From positions 5,852-69,851 of the forward strand of contig JAVEYY010000021.1 of NCBI GenBank assembly GCA_034003245.1: a DNA stretch of 64,000 bases, read 5' to 3'. The position numbers and the translations under genes were made by a program. Below are positions 29,420 to 40,202 of this stretch, piece after piece. The notes below the pieces were generated by a model. That model did not search any database. It was not told the origin of the DNA and was given only the letters and a program-made list of their open reading frames with translations. This DNA is from Tenuifilaceae bacterium (GTDB lineage: Bacteria; Bacteroidota; Bacteroidia; Bacteroidales; Tenuifilaceae). Position 1 is the stretch's first letter; each line of letters begins with the position of its first letter.

Positions 29420-29863
29420 ATGTCAAAAGAAAACATATTAAAGCCTTACGGCGAAAAACAACCCAACTTCGATAGGCGTTACCTTGAAATGGCCCATGTG
29501 TGGGCCAAGAACTCCTACTGCATTCGCCGACAGGTTGGGGCTCTCATTGTTAAAGATAAGATGATTATATCCGACGGCTACAACGGAACACCTAGCGGCT
29601 TCGAGAATATCTGCGAGGATGAATCGGGCAAAACAAAACCATACGTGCTCCATGCCGAGGCAAACGCCATTACCAAAGTTGCAAAATCGAACAATAGTAG
29701 TGAGGGAGCCACGCTATACGTAACATCAGCCCCATGCATGGAATGCTCAAAGCTTATCATTCAGGCGGGCATTAAACGAGTTGTTTACAGCGACGACTAC
29801 CGAGCAACCGAAGGCATTGAACTGCTTAGCAGAGCAGGGATTGAGATTCTTAAACTGGAATAA
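29420..29863 (+). CDS. dCMP (deoxycytidylate) deaminase
   Basis: 147 aa with zinc motifs HAEANAI and PCMECSKLI. Confidence 0.9.
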   Translation: MSKENILKPYGEKQPNFDRRYLEMAHVWAKNSYCIRRQVGALIVKDKMIISDGYNGTPSGFENICEDESGKTKPYVLHAEANAITKVAKSNNSSEGATLYVTSAPCMECSKLIIQAGIKRVVYSDDYRATEGIELLSRAGIEILKLE

Positions 29864-29972
29864 ATAGTATCAAACTATTATTTTATATTAAATAAACAGC
29901 CCATCCCGAGTCATAACGCATTATCACTCCGAAAAAATCTATCTTTGCAAATTCATCATACTGGTCACTCCT

Positions 29973-31688
29973 ATGCAGTACAACAATAATAAAAAGGATA
30001 TTCTATACCCATTAGGCCTTGCGGCTGTTCTTGCAGTGGGCGTTCTTGTGGGTGTATCGCTAAAGCAGGCTCCCGATCGTACTAGCTTAACCGTTTACCC
30101 ACGAACCGATAAGCTGTCGAGCATCCTTAACTACATAGAAAATCAGTATGTGGATACCGTTTCAATGGGTTCGCTGGTGGAGTCCACAATCCCCACCATG
30201 CTAAAATATCTCGATCCTCACTCGGTTTATATCCCAGCCTCTGAACTGCAAAAGGTAAACGAACCGCTCGATGGCGGATTCGATGGCATAGGTATCACAT
30301 TTAACATGCCCAACGACACCGTAGTGGTAATGTCTACAATACCTGGTGGCCCATCAGAAAGGGTTGGGATTGAGGCTGGAGACAGGATTATTACCATTAA
30401 CGACTCGCTGGTAGCTGGAAAAAATATCAACCAAAATGATATTGTGACAATGCTTAAGGGCCCTACAGGAACAAAGGTTTCGGTAGGCATTCAGCGTATT
30501 GGTCTTGGTGAACTTCTCAACTTTGAAATTACACGCGATAAGATTCCTATTTACAGTATCGACGTTAGCTTTATGCTTAACGATGAGGTAGGATTCATCA
30601 AAATTTCGCGTTTTGCACGCACTACTTACACTGAGTTTATTGCTGCTGTCGACAAGCTGCAAAGTCAAGGCATGAAAAAGATCATAATTGATCTCAGAGG
30701 AAACACAGGTGGGTACTTAGATGCCGCTACGAATATTGCCAACGAGTTTCTCCCCGAAGGGAAACTAATAGTTTACACCCAGGGAAAGGCTCGCCCCCGA
30801 CAAAATGTGTACTCAACAGCAAAAGGACGATGCCTAAATACTCCTGTAGCGGTTATTATTGATGAATTTTCTGCATCTGCCAGTGAAATTCTAGCAGGAG
30901 CACTTCAGGATAATGACAGGGGTGTTGTAACCGGTCGCCGTTCCTTTGGAAAAGGATTGGTTCAGGAACAGGTTCTATTCTCCGATGGATCAGCCCTAAG
31001 GCTAACCATAGCCCGATATTACACGCCTACCGGACGAAGCATTCAAAAACCCTACGAGCCTGGCAACGAGGACTATTTCTACGATATTAGCAACCGCTAT
31101 CTACATGGAGAATTTCAAGAGCAAGATAGCATACAGCTACAGGATTCGCTTAAGTTTACAACTCCAGGGGGGAGAATCGTGTATGGTGGTGGTGGAATTA
31201 TGCCCGATTTCTTTATCCCGATTGACACGCTTGGCGTAACCCCATACTTCAATCAGGTAGCCAGGCGAAACCTTATTTACCGATTTGCATACAACTTCAC
31301 CGATAAGCACCGGCGGTCGATGAACTCGATGAAGGATTACAAATCCATAGAACAGTACCTCGACAATCTCAATATTATGAATCAATTTATCGATTTTGCT
31401 CAGGTAAGAGGAGTTAAGCCAAACCACGCAGATCTGGCTAAGTCGAGATTTATTATTGAAACCCAGATAAAAGCTTACGTGGCTCGGGGAATTATTGATG
31501 ATCTTGGGTTTTACCCCATCATCACCCGAATTGATAATACGCTGCTTCGAACAATAGAAATTCTCCAACAAGATAACGTGCTCGGTATAAACTCGGACAA
31601 AGCAGTTAGCAACTTATCTATTAACGGATTAAAACTTGCTGCAGCCAAAAAGCATTTTATTAAGGATGTTATGGCTATCAATGCTTAA
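29973..31688 (+). CDS. ctp: S41-family carboxy-terminal processing peptidase
   Basis: 571 aa. N-terminal TM, PDZ region, DLRGNTGGYL and SASASEILAGALQDNDRGVVTGRRSFGKG catalytic blocks. Confidence 0.9.
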   Translation: MQYNNNKKDILYPLGLAAVLAVGVLVGVSLKQAPDRTSLTVYPRTDKLSSILNYIENQYVDTVSMGSLVESTIPTMLKYLDPHSVYIPASELQKVNEPLDGGFDGIGITFNMPNDTVVVMSTIPGGPSERVGIEAGDRIITINDSLVAGKNINQNDIVTMLKGPTGTKVSVGIQRIGLGELLNFEITRDKIPIYSIDVSFMLNDEVGFIKISRFARTTYTEFIAAVDKLQSQGMKKIIIDLRGNTGGYLDAATNIANEFLPEGKLIVYTQGKARPRQNVYSTAKGRCLNTPVAVIIDEFSASASEILAGALQDNDRGVVTGRRSFGKGLVQEQVLFSDGSALRLTIARYYTPTGRSIQKPYEPGNEDYFYDISNRYLHGEFQEQDSIQLQDSLKFTTPGGRIVYGGGGIMPDFFIPIDTLGVTPYFNQVARRNLIYRFAYNFTDKHRRSMNSMKDYKSIEQYLDNLNIMNQFIDFAQVRGVKPNHADLAKSRFIIETQIKAYVARGIIDDLGFYPIITRIDNTLLRTIEILQQDNVLGINSDKAVSNLSINGLKLAAAKKHFIKDVMAINA

Positions 31689-31722
31689 GCATACTCCATT
31701 TGGATAATAACAGGGGTTTAAG

Positions 31723-31756
31723 TTAAATACTTAAACCCTTTTTTTATAACCCTTAA
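31723..31756 (+). terminator. Rho-independent terminator after ctp
   Basis: GGGTTTAAG...CTTAAACCC stem followed by T7. Confidence 0.75.
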
Positions 31757-31835
31757 CCCTTAAAGATTAAACAGACTGTGAATGATTAACATATCATTAC
31801 CAAAAGGTTGAATTGTAATCCTAGTTTTTGTATAT

Positions 31836-32570
31836 TTGATCAAAACCCAAACTACAAAAACTATGGAAATCCAGAATACTATTGAACGCTATGGTGGCGT
31901 TATCAAGGAAGAGCCCTTGTCGTGTATTGAGAACGATCTAATCCTCAAGAATACATGCGTAATTGAAGCTGTATCGCCATACTTTGGCTACTACAGCGAA
32001 GTAAAAAGTAACACCAAACCTCACATGGTTTACTTTGTGCTCGACACTTATTTCTCGCTCGAAACATTGTTTAGAGCCACAATTGCTGTCCAAAAAAAGC
32101 TGAACTTTCCCATTAATGCTGTAACGGGTTCCATAACCATGTTTAACCAGACTTGTTATGTTATTAGGCTCCTAAACCTTAATAACTATAGCCATATAGC
32201 CATGGTTCAGCAGCAGTACATGGAAGAGGGAATTGAGCTGAAGAAGCGAAGTAGAAGTTTTCAAAACCAGATGGGCATGATTAAGCTTCGACGCTTTTTC
32301 ACTTTGTCGCAACTAGGCGATGGCCTTTACCTTGAGCAAAATCAGCCCAACATGGGCTACTTTAAAATTCCCAAATACATCAACTGGGAAGATTTTAAAA
32401 AGTTGACCATAGAAGTGAAGTACGATACGGATTTACTTTACTTTGATGCAGCCAGAGCATATATCTTCGAGAGTTGCGATATTGTTGATCTGGTTAGGGT
32501 TTACCGCGAAAACCTTACCGAGGACCGGCTAAAGGCTATTCGCGATAGGTACTTAAAGTTACTTGAGTAA
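31836..32570 (+). CDS. Hypothetical protein
   Basis: 244-aa ORF (the track start is TTG; the ATG at 31863 is more likely). No family recognised, no signal peptide. Confidence 0.4.
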   Translation: MIKTQTTKTMEIQNTIERYGGVIKEEPLSCIENDLILKNTCVIEAVSPYFGYYSEVKSNTKPHMVYFVLDTYFSLETLFRATIAVQKKLNFPINAVTGSITMFNQTCYVIRLLNLNNYSHIAMVQQQYMEEGIELKKRSRSFQNQMGMIKLRRFFTLSQLGDGLYLEQNQPNMGYFKIPKYINWEDFKKLTIEVKYDTDLLYFDAARAYIFESCDIVDLVRVYRENLTEDRLKAIRDRYLKLLE

Positions 32571-32731
32571 ATCGTTTACCAGCCAACAGAACGTTTGACC
32601 TGCAGTAGTATCGAGCATCTGCTACAGGTCATCATTCTTATGCTGAACAACATAATATTTCAACTCCACTAAGAGGGTATATAAATACACAAATAGTATA
32701 ACTTGACTCCCAAAACCAAAAAACGTATTCT

Positions 32732-33403
32732 ATGACTGGAATCTTGTACTCATCGGTTGGTAAAAAGTTAATAATGAGTATTTCGGGGCTTTTCCTCATG
32801 CTCTTCCTTTTGGTGCATCTAGGAACAAACCTGTTACTCCTTATTGGCGACGGGGAACTCTACAACAAAGCTGCCCATACCCTAGTGTCGACACCCGCAC
32901 TTAAAGTGGTTGAATACTTGCTTGCATTTGGCTTCGTGTTTCACATAATATATGCCTCAACGCTTACCCTAAAAAATAGGAAAGCCAGACCTATTCAGTA
33001 TGCCAAGAGCGGATCAAACGATCTTACCACGTGGTCATCGAAAAACATGTATATCCTGGGAGGGACAATATTTGTGTTTCTGGTTATTCACCTAATCAAC
33101 TTCTTCCTTAAGCTACGTTTTGGTGAGGTACCTTACATCACCTACGATGGAATAGAAATGCACAACTCTTACCAACTCGTTTCGGAGTTCTTTATCGACT
33201 ACTGGTGGTATAACGTAATTTATATTGTATCGGCGTTGCTGCTTGGCCTTCACCTTAGCCACGGGTTTTGGAGCGCATTCCAAACCATTGGTATAAACAA
33301 TCAAAAGTGGATTAAGCGCCTCGAGATAATCTCATGTGTCTACGCAGTGATAATTGCAACTGGATTCACCATCATTCCCATCTATTTCTGGTTCTTTCAC
33401 TAG
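32732..33403 (+). CDS. sdhC: Succinate dehydrogenase/fumarate reductase cytochrome b subunit (Bacteroidota type)
   Basis: 223 aa, five hydrophobic helices with conserved His residues. Lies immediately upstream of the flavoprotein and Fe-S subunits. Confidence 0.8.
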   Translation: MTGILYSSVGKKLIMSISGLFLMLFLLVHLGTNLLLLIGDGELYNKAAHTLVSTPALKVVEYLLAFGFVFHIIYASTLTLKNRKARPIQYAKSGSNDLTTWSSKNMYILGGTIFVFLVIHLINFFLKLRFGEVPYITYDGIEMHNSYQLVSEFFIDYWWYNVIYIVSALLLGLHLSHGFWSAFQTIGINNQKWIKRLEIISCVYAVIIATGFTIIPIYFWFFH

Positions 33404-33435
33404 CAAAGGTTTCAAAATATAGTTTGAATCTATAA

Positions 33436-35382
33436 ATGATCATCTTCAAACAAAAAACTGCCATGAATAAACTTAACTCCAAAATACCCGATGGCCCACT
33501 AGCCGAAAAATGGACCAAGCACAAGAACTCTCTGCGATTAGTAAATCCAGCCAACAAGAAGAAACTCGACATAATAGTTGTTGGTACAGGCCTTGCTGGG
33601 TCGGGAGCCGCGTCCACGCTGGGTGAGCTGGGTTACAACGTTAAGGTTTTTTGCTATCAGGATACTCCTCGCCGAGCCCATTCCGTTGCGGCCCAGGGAG
33701 GTATTAATGCTGCCAAAAACTACAAGAATGATGGTGACAGTGTTTACCGCCTCTTCTACGATATGATAAAAGGCGGTGATTACCGTGCCCGCGAGGCCAA
33801 CGTATACCGGGCTGCTGAGGTGAGCAATCTGGTAATCGATCACTATACCGCCATGGGCGTACCTTTCGCCCGCGATTACGGGGGATTGCTCGACAACCGG
33901 TCTTTTGGGGGCGTTCAGGTAAGCCGAACTTTTTATGCAAAAGGCCAAACAGGACAACAGTGTTTACTAGGTGGATATTCCGCGCTGGTTAGGCAACTGC
34001 AAACCGGAAAGGTAACCATGTTTCCCCGTCGCGAAATGCTCGACCTGGTGGTTGTTGATGGCAAAGCACGCGGAATCATTGTTCGAAATCTGATAACCGG
34101 CGAAATTGAGCGCCACTCCGCACATGCAGTTGTTTTGGCCACTGGCGGATATGGCACTATCTATTACCTTTCAACCCTTGCCGTTAACTCCAATGGATCG
34201 GCAGCGTGGAAGGCTCACAAGCGCGGGGCGCTATTTGCAAACCCCAGCTTTATTCAGATACACCCAACGTCAATCCCCGTTCTAAATGATTTTCAGAGTA
34301 AGTTAACCCTAATGAGCGAATCGCTCAGGAACGATGGACGGGTTTGGGTTCCTAAGACCAAGGGCGATAAGCGAAAGGCAAATGAGATTCCTGAGGATGA
34401 GCGCGACTACTACCTTGAGCGTCGATATCCCGCCTTTGGCAATCTAGTACCCCGCGATGTTGCCTCGCGTGCTGCCAAGGAGCGCTGCGATGCAGGCTAT
34501 GGAGTAGGTGACTCGGGTCTATCGGTTTACCTCGATTTTAGGGATGCCATTCAGAAACAGGGGAAAAAATCGATTGAAGATAAGTACGGGAACCTCTTCG
34601 AGATGTACGAGAAGATTACAGGCGAATCGCCTTACGAAACGCCAATGCGAATTTATCCTGCCGGTCACTACACCATGGGTGGTCTGTGGGTCGACTATAA
34701 TTTGATGACCACAGTACCGGGGCTGTTCGCAATAGGCGAGTCAAACTTTAGCGACCACGGAGCAAACCGACTGGGCGCCAGCTCGCTGATGCAGTGTGCC
34801 GGCGATGGCTACTTTATCCTTCCCTACACCATTACCGATTACCTTGCCGATGAGATTAGAACACCTAAGGTCAGCATCGATCTACCTGAGTTCTTGCAAA
34901 CCGAAAAGGAGGCCAAAGATCGAATCGAAAAGTTACTAGCGGTAAAGGGCAAACAAACCGTAACCTCGTTCCACAAACGATTGGGTAAGATTATGTGGGA
35001 CTACTGCGGCATGTACCGCAACGAAGAGGGACTTAAAAAAGCCCTAGTTCTAATTGATGAGTTGGAAAAAGAGTTCTGGAATGATGTAAGAATTCCTGGC
35101 GAAGCCGCTGATCTAAATCAGGAAATCGAGAAAGCGGGCAGGGTAGCCGACTACTTTGAACTGGCCAAACTCCTTTGTTACGATGCGCTAAACCGCAAGG
35201 AGAGCTGCGGCGCTCACTTCCGCGAGGAGAGCCAAACCGAAACCGGTGAGGCCAAGCGCGACGATGCCAACTACTCATATGTTGCAGCATGGGAATTCGC
35301 CGGGGCACAAAGCGAACCCATACTACATAAGGAGGAGCTAAAGTACGAGTTTGTAAAACTGCAGGAGCGCAGCTACAAGTAA
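33436..35382 (+). CDS. sdhA: Succinate dehydrogenase/fumarate reductase flavoprotein subunit
   Basis: FAD motif [41 protein letters not shown]. The likely true start is [12 protein letters not shown] at 33463. Confidence 0.95.
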   Translation: MIIFKQKTAMNKLNSKIPDGPLAEKWTKHKNSLRLVNPANKKKLDIIVVGTGLAGSGAASTLGELGYNVKVFCYQDTPRRAHSVAAQGGINAAKNYKNDGDSVYRLFYDMIKGGDYRAREANVYRAAEVSNLVIDHYTAMGVPFARDYGGLLDNRSFGGVQVSRTFYAKGQTGQQCLLGGYSALVRQLQTGKVTMFPRREMLDLVVVDGKARGIIVRNLITGEIERHSAHAVVLATGGYGTIYYLSTLAVNSNGSAAWKAHKRGALFANPSFIQIHPTSIPVLNDFQSKLTLMSESLRNDGRVWVPKTKGDKRKANEIPEDERDYYLERRYPAFGNLVPRDVASRAAKERCDAGYGVGDSGLSVYLDFRDAIQKQGKKSIEDKYGNLFEMYEKITGESPYETPMRIYPAGHYTMGGLWVDYNLMTTVPGLFAIGESNFSDHGANRLGASSLMQCAGDGYFILPYTITDYLADEIRTPKVSIDLPEFLQTEKEAKDRIEKLLAVKGKQTVTSFHKRLGKIMWDYCGMYRNEEGLKKALVLIDELEKEFWNDVRIPGEAADLNQEIEKAGRVADYFELAKLLCYDALNRKESCGAHFREESQTETGEAKRDDANYSYVAAWEFAGAQSEPILHKEELKYEFVKLQERSYK

Positions 35383-35568
35383 ATCGACAAAAATCTCAAC
35401 AAACATCAAATATGAAACACCCTTGTAAAGCAGCTTGCACAACCGAGCTTGCGAGCTCACCGAAGGTAAACACCGATGAACAAACCATGGGTGTTCCATC
35501 CTCTCGATAAATATTGCTAAAGAAAAATACTAACGTATTAGTTATTAATAATATAAATTTCTGTACGG

Positions 35569-36312
35569 ATGAAAGTTAAGCTAAAAATATGGCGGCAGAA
35601 GGACGCTAAATCCAAAGGAAAATTCGAAACCTATCCTCTCGATAACGTTTCACCCGAGATGTCGTTCCTCGAAATGCTCGACTATCTGAATAGCCAACTT
35701 ATTACAGATGGTAAAGAGCCCGTAGCCTTTGAGCACGATTGCCGCGAGGGCATTTGCGGTTGCTGCGGGCTATACATCAACGGCCGCCCTCATGGAGTGA
35801 TGAGCAAAACCACAACCTGCGAGCTGCATATGCGCGAGTTTAAGGTTGGAGAAACCATTACCATCGAGCCCTGGCGTGCTGCCTCTTTCCCTGTGATAAA
35901 GGATCTGATTATTGAGCGGAACGCTTTCGATAAGATTATGCAGGCCGGTGGATTTGTATCGGTAAATGCGGGACAAGCCCAGGACGCAAACGCCATTCTT
36001 GTGCCAAAACCCAATGCCGACGAAGCTTTCGATGCCGCATCGTGCATAGGATGTGGGGCTTGTGTAGCTGCATGCAAAAACTCGTCGGCCATGCTGTTTA
36101 TTGCGGCCAAGGTTTCGCAGCTTGTCCTTTACCCACAGGGCAAGGTTGAGGCCAAGGAGAGGGTTCAAAAGATGGTGGCCAAAATGGACGAGTTGGGCTT
36201 TGGCAGCTGCAGCAATACCCGTGCCTGCGAAGCCGAGTGCCCTAAGGGAATATCAATCTCGCACATCGCCCGTTTGAATCGAGAATATATTTGCTCCTCC
36301 ATTCGAGAGTAA
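35569..36312 (+). CDS. sdhB: Succinate dehydrogenase/fumarate reductase iron-sulfur subunit
   Basis: 247 aa with Cys clusters [21 protein letters not shown] and [12 protein letters not shown]. Confidence 0.9.
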   Translation: MKVKLKIWRQKDAKSKGKFETYPLDNVSPEMSFLEMLDYLNSQLITDGKEPVAFEHDCREGICGCCGLYINGRPHGVMSKTTTCELHMREFKVGETITIEPWRAASFPVIKDLIIERNAFDKIMQAGGFVSVNAGQAQDANAILVPKPNADEAFDAASCIGCGACVAACKNSSAMLFIAAKVSQLVLYPQGKVEAKERVQKMVAKMDELGFGSCSNTRACEAECPKGISISHIARLNREYICSSIRE

Positions 36313-36334
36313 CCTCATTACCTTTTAAAGCCAA

Positions 36335-36366
36335 AAGGCTACTCCTGGCGAGTAGCCTTTTTTTGT
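36335..36366 (+). terminator. Rho-independent terminator after sdhB
   Basis: AAAAGGCTACTC-CTGGC-GAGTAGCCTTTT followed by a T-run. Confidence 0.85.
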
Positions 36367-36436
36367 TTTTTAATCATAATTACTATTGATAGATAAAATT
36401 ATATAACTTTGTGCATAGAACTAATTTTAATCGTTT

Positions 36437-37678
36437 ATGAAAAAGGTAGTTGTAGCAATCTTCGTTTTATTAGTAATTGCAGCCATTGCATTTGTTTCCT
36501 TAAAGCCTTTCTTTGCCAACAAGTCGTTCGAGAAAGGCAACATGCTTGCCGATTCGGCACAGTATGATTTGGCCATCGACAAGTTTACCCGCGCCATCTG
36601 GTTCAAGAGCAAAATTGCCCCTTACTACTTTGCCCGCGGTAAAGCTTACGCTGCGCTTAACAACGACCCAGTTGCAATCGAGGATTTCTCCCAGGCTATC
36701 GGTTTAAATCCAGGTGAATCGGACTACTACCTTTTCAGGGGGATTTCGCAGCGGAAGCTTAGAGCTCTCGATCAAGCCATGGAGGATTTAAACAAGGCCA
36801 TTGAGCTAAACGATTCCAGTGCGAAGGCATTTTATCACCGAGGACTCCTTTACGCTTCGCTCAACCAGTACGATCAGGCGGTTAAGGACTACAACAGAAG
36901 CATTGAACTAGATGGTTCAAACATTGAAGCATTTTACAGCCGGGGCGAAACTCGAGGAAATCTTGAAGATTTTATGGGCGCCATTGCCGACTACGATAAG
37001 ATGATTGAGGGTGCCGATGCGCCAATTGATGCCTACAAGCAGCGAGGAATCTTTAAGCTGAAAATTCAGGATTTTGAGGGCGCCGAAAGTGATTTATCGC
37101 GAGCTGCGGAGCTGGAAACCAACGACAAAGAGATCTTTTACCAGCTTGGCCAGGCCAAACACAACCTCAACAAGGTGGATGAATCCATTGAGCTGTTCAA
37201 CAAAGCCCTAAAGCTCGACGCCAAGTACGACTTAGTTTATGGTGCCAGGGGTGGCGCTTATCTCAAGAAAGGAAATTACAAACTTTCCATCGCCGATTTT
37301 ACCAAAGCTGTCGAGCTAAACCCAGATTACAAAAGAGCATACTACGGTCGTGGGATTGCCAAAGCGCTCTCGCAGGATTATGCTGGCTCAATTAAAGACT
37401 TTACCAAGGTTATTGAAATTGATAAGGATTTTGCCCAGGCTTACTACAACAGAGCAGTATCGAAAGCAATCTTAGGACGACATAAGGAGGCTCTTCCCGA
37501 CTATGACATTATTATTCAGCGCGACTCAAGAAATGCCGAAGCCTACTACAATAGGGGTATCTCGCGGATGAACGTTCAGGATACCAAGGGTGCCTGCGAG
37601 GATTTCAAAAAAGCAGTGGACTTGAAATACCAACCCGCAGAGCCTATGCTAAAGATGTACTGCGGATCGCAGGGGTAA
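36437..37678 (+). CDS. Membrane-anchored TPR-repeat protein
   Basis: 413 aa. N-terminal hydrophobic anchor followed by about 10 tandem 34-residue TPR units (recurrent A..Y..RG......A..D...AIELNP pattern). Confidence 0.8.
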   Translation: MKKVVVAIFVLLVIAAIAFVSLKPFFANKSFEKGNMLADSAQYDLAIDKFTRAIWFKSKIAPYYFARGKAYAALNNDPVAIEDFSQAIGLNPGESDYYLFRGISQRKLRALDQAMEDLNKAIELNDSSAKAFYHRGLLYASLNQYDQAVKDYNRSIELDGSNIEAFYSRGETRGNLEDFMGAIADYDKMIEGADAPIDAYKQRGIFKLKIQDFEGAESDLSRAAELETNDKEIFYQLGQAKHNLNKVDESIELFNKALKLDAKYDLVYGARGGAYLKKGNYKLSIADFTKAVELNPDYKRAYYGRGIAKALSQDYAGSIKDFTKVIEIDKDFAQAYYNRAVSKAILGRHKEALPDYDIIIQRDSRNAEAYYNRGISRMNVQDTKGACEDFKKAVDLKYQPAEPMLKMYCGSQG

Positions 37679-37701
37679 GGTTTACCGTAACTTACTTATT
37701 A

Positions 37702-37728
37702 AGCGTGGCCAGTTGCCACGCTTTTTTT
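37702..37728. terminator. Terminator hairpin between the convergent TPR gene and TonB-dependent receptor 1
   Basis: AGCGTGGC-CAGTT-GCCACGCT followed by T7. Confidence 0.8.
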
Positions 37729-37759
37729 ACACCCAGAGAAGCAGTAGTAATAATGAACT

Positions 37760-40156
37760 TTAGTGAAAAAATAGCCTTTTATACCAAGGTCTCTGTACTG
37801 TGTGTTCTTGCTTTTGGCGTTCTTTTTTATCGAAAAATATTTTATAGGAAAACGAGGGGATAATTGGAAAGTAACTTTTTTGATAAAGCCCTAACTCTTG
37901 GCTTTCGCTATCTGACATGGCAGACTTTTCGAGGTAAAAATAAAAGTAAGGGTTTTGGCGGTTATAGGCGTTGTATACAGAGAAAGTCCACTGAGAATTG
38001 TAGCCATTACGCGTATGAGTATTATACTGCAAACCAAGATCGAGACGATGATAATTACGCATACGCGCACTGTTACGTTCTCCGTAAAGTAAAACTTCAT
38101 ATCCATCAAGGTCATTGGGAGTGGAACTTCTTATATAAGGGGCTTTGTGCCTACCTATAACTGGGGTAAAAGGTAGTCCTGTTTGGAAAACCCAGCTGGC
38201 TGTAAGCTGCATTTTTTTAGTAAGTTTACGAATTAAGCTAACTGTTGCCGAGTGAGGCCTATCGTATTCAAAAAGATACTCAATACCATTATTTATCTCG
38301 CTAAACTGGCGAGTTGTGTGCGACCATGTATAGCCAATAAAGCCCAACCAGTTGCCGTAGTTTTTCCTAACCAGCACCTCTAACCCTATGGCTTTACCCT
38401 TTCCTCCGGTTACCACTTTGTTACGCCAAAACCCATCGCCCATAAGGTTGGTGTATCCCTCGCGATAGTTAGCAAGGTTGCTAAGGTTTTTGCTGTAAAT
38501 GCTTGTTTCAGCATCAAACATTCCGTTAGCAAAGTTCCCTTTCCACCCCACTGCTAGCTGAGAGGTACTAGCATTTGGAATATCGGCACCCGCTGGCACC
38601 CACACCTCGTTGCTATTCACTTCGCCCGATGTAAAGAGTAGATGCGAGTGCTGGGAAGCCTGCATATAACTACAATTGAACTTGTTGTTTGAGTTAAGTT
38701 TAACGTCGAGGCTAAGCCGGGGCTCAAGCCCAATATGCGAGAAGCCATTGTTAGCAAAAACCACACTTCGCACCCCCGCCTGTAGTTCAAAAACACTTAG
38801 AAACTTAATATGATTCTTAAGATATAAAGCCGATTCGGTTGAGGTTATTGTAGGCTCACCAAAAATTTCGGTTTGCGTTGAGCTAACCATAGTGTTTGGG
38901 CTATGTAAAAGCAGTGTTGCTTGCATACCAGCATGTAAAGTCCAATTGGGTAGCAACTCGAATCGCCAACCCGATTTGAACGACATATCCTGTACCGATG
39001 AGCGAAACCTCATACTCTGAGAAATAGTATCGTTAAGAGATAAAATTGAGAATTGATTATTCTGACCTAGCCTATAACGAACGTAGGAAAGACTTTGGTT
39101 TGAGTATAGCTTTGGGGAATGCACCCTGTTCCAATGAGCCGACACCATCCAGTTACCCCAAATATTCCTCATATTAGAAAACTGCTGATTCTGGGAACTG
39201 GTGTAAGTGTTCTTAACACTCAAATAATCGTCGCCATGATAAACGTTTAAACTAAAAGAGTTCATGCCATTTGGCCGCCAAGTAAACTTACCATTTATAT
39301 CATGAAAGCCATAGTAAAATTTATATTCACCATTATCAACAAGGCTAGTTGCCAAAAGCATAAGCGGATCGGTAAGGGTTTTTCGGCCCGTAACAATAAA
39401 TGTTGAATTGGCAATTGGAGTAGGCCCCTCAATACTGGCCGATATATCGGTAAGCCCTAGGCTAAGGGTGCCCTTGGTATAGGCTGGATTTCCTTCACGC
39501 TGCGATATATCCATTATGGCAGAGAGTTTGCCACCGTACTTAGCCGGAAAACCACCTTTGTACACATCTATACTATTAATCATATCGGGATTAAAAACCG
39601 ACATGAACCCGCCAAAGTGGTTTACGTATATTAGGGCAACGTTATCGAGCAGGTAAAGGTTCTCGCCGGGGTTTCCGCCCCTAACCAACACCAAACTCGA
39701 CCCCTCGCTTTGTGTCTGTATTCCGGGCAGCAGCTGAATGGCTTTCATCACATCAGGTTTTGCCCCAAGAGATGGAACCGACTGAAACTCGAGCTGGCTA
39801 AGAGTAGCCACATTAAAAGGTGGACGCCGAGTATGGTTTATCACCACTTCATCAATCTGATTACCGGGGCATAACAAAACCTCAACAAGCGTATCGTTCT
39901 TAAAATCAACCTTAAGCTTTTTAGTCGTATAACCAACGTATGACATCGTAATAGCGCCCCTACCCATTGGGATGATGCTAAAGTAGCCTTTGGCATTGGC
40001 AATGGCGGCTCGGCTAGTACCATCCTCAACTACATGTGCGCCAACTAGCACCTCTCGCGATATACTATCGCGGATAAATCCGGATATTCGCACCTGAGAA
40101 TACAAACTACCGCTAGATATCAGTAGCGCAACAAGCAGAAGTTTAATGTAACGCAT
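37760..40156 (-). CDS. TonB-dependent receptor 1 (CarboxypepD_reg-like N-domain + plug + barrel)
   Basis: 798 aa. Signal peptide, ISGFIRDSISREVLVGAHVV...GYFSI regulatory domain, plug block PSLGAKPDVMKAIQLLPGIQ...VRGGNPGENLYLLDN, and a long beta-rich barrel whose terminal strand is PSFSYKIFF. That strand is followed by a 23-aa basic tail. Confidence 0.85.
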   Translation of the reverse strand: MRYIKLLLVALLISSGSLYSQVRISGFIRDSISREVLVGAHVVEDGTSRAAIANAKGYFSIIPMGRGAITMSYVGYTTKKLKVDFKNDTLVEVLLCPGNQIDEVVINHTRRPPFNVATLSQLEFQSVPSLGAKPDVMKAIQLLPGIQTQSEGSSLVLVRGGNPGENLYLLDNVALIYVNHFGGFMSVFNPDMINSIDVYKGGFPAKYGGKLSAIMDISQREGNPAYTKGTLSLGLTDISASIEGPTPIANSTFIVTGRKTLTDPLMLLATSLVDNGEYKFYYGFHDINGKFTWRPNGMNSFSLNVYHGDDYLSVKNTYTSSQNQQFSNMRNIWGNWMVSAHWNRVHSPKLYSNQSLSYVRYRLGQNNQFSILSLNDTISQSMRFRSSVQDMSFKSGWRFELLPNWTLHAGMQATLLLHSPNTMVSSTQTEIFGEPTITSTESALYLKNHIKFLSVFELQAGVRSVVFANNGFSHIGLEPRLSLDVKLNSNNKFNCSYMQASQHSHLLFTSGEVNSNEVWVPAGADIPNASTSQLAVGWKGNFANGMFDAETSIYSKNLSNLANYREGYTNLMGDGFWRNKVVTGGKGKAIGLEVLVRKNYGNWLGFIGYTWSHTTRQFSEINNGIEYLFEYDRPHSATVSLIRKLTKKMQLTASWVFQTGLPFTPVIGRHKAPYIRSSTPNDLDGYEVLLYGERNSARMRNYHRLDLGLQYNTHTRNGYNSQWTFSVYNAYNRQNPYFYFYLEKSAMSDSESQELGLYQKSYFPIIPSFSYKIFFDKKERQKQEHTVQRPWYKRLFFH

Positions 40157-40202
40157 TCTTTATACAATAAGCAATTAATTACAATACGGTTTTGGCTGCA
40201 TT

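Noticed and set aside
35412-35510. 32-codon ORF (MKHPCKAACTTELASSPKVNTDEQTMGVPSSR) in the sdhA-sdhB spacer.
   Set aside because: It has no supporting translation signals or conservation evidence, and its composition is unremarkable. It is most likely a chance ORF.
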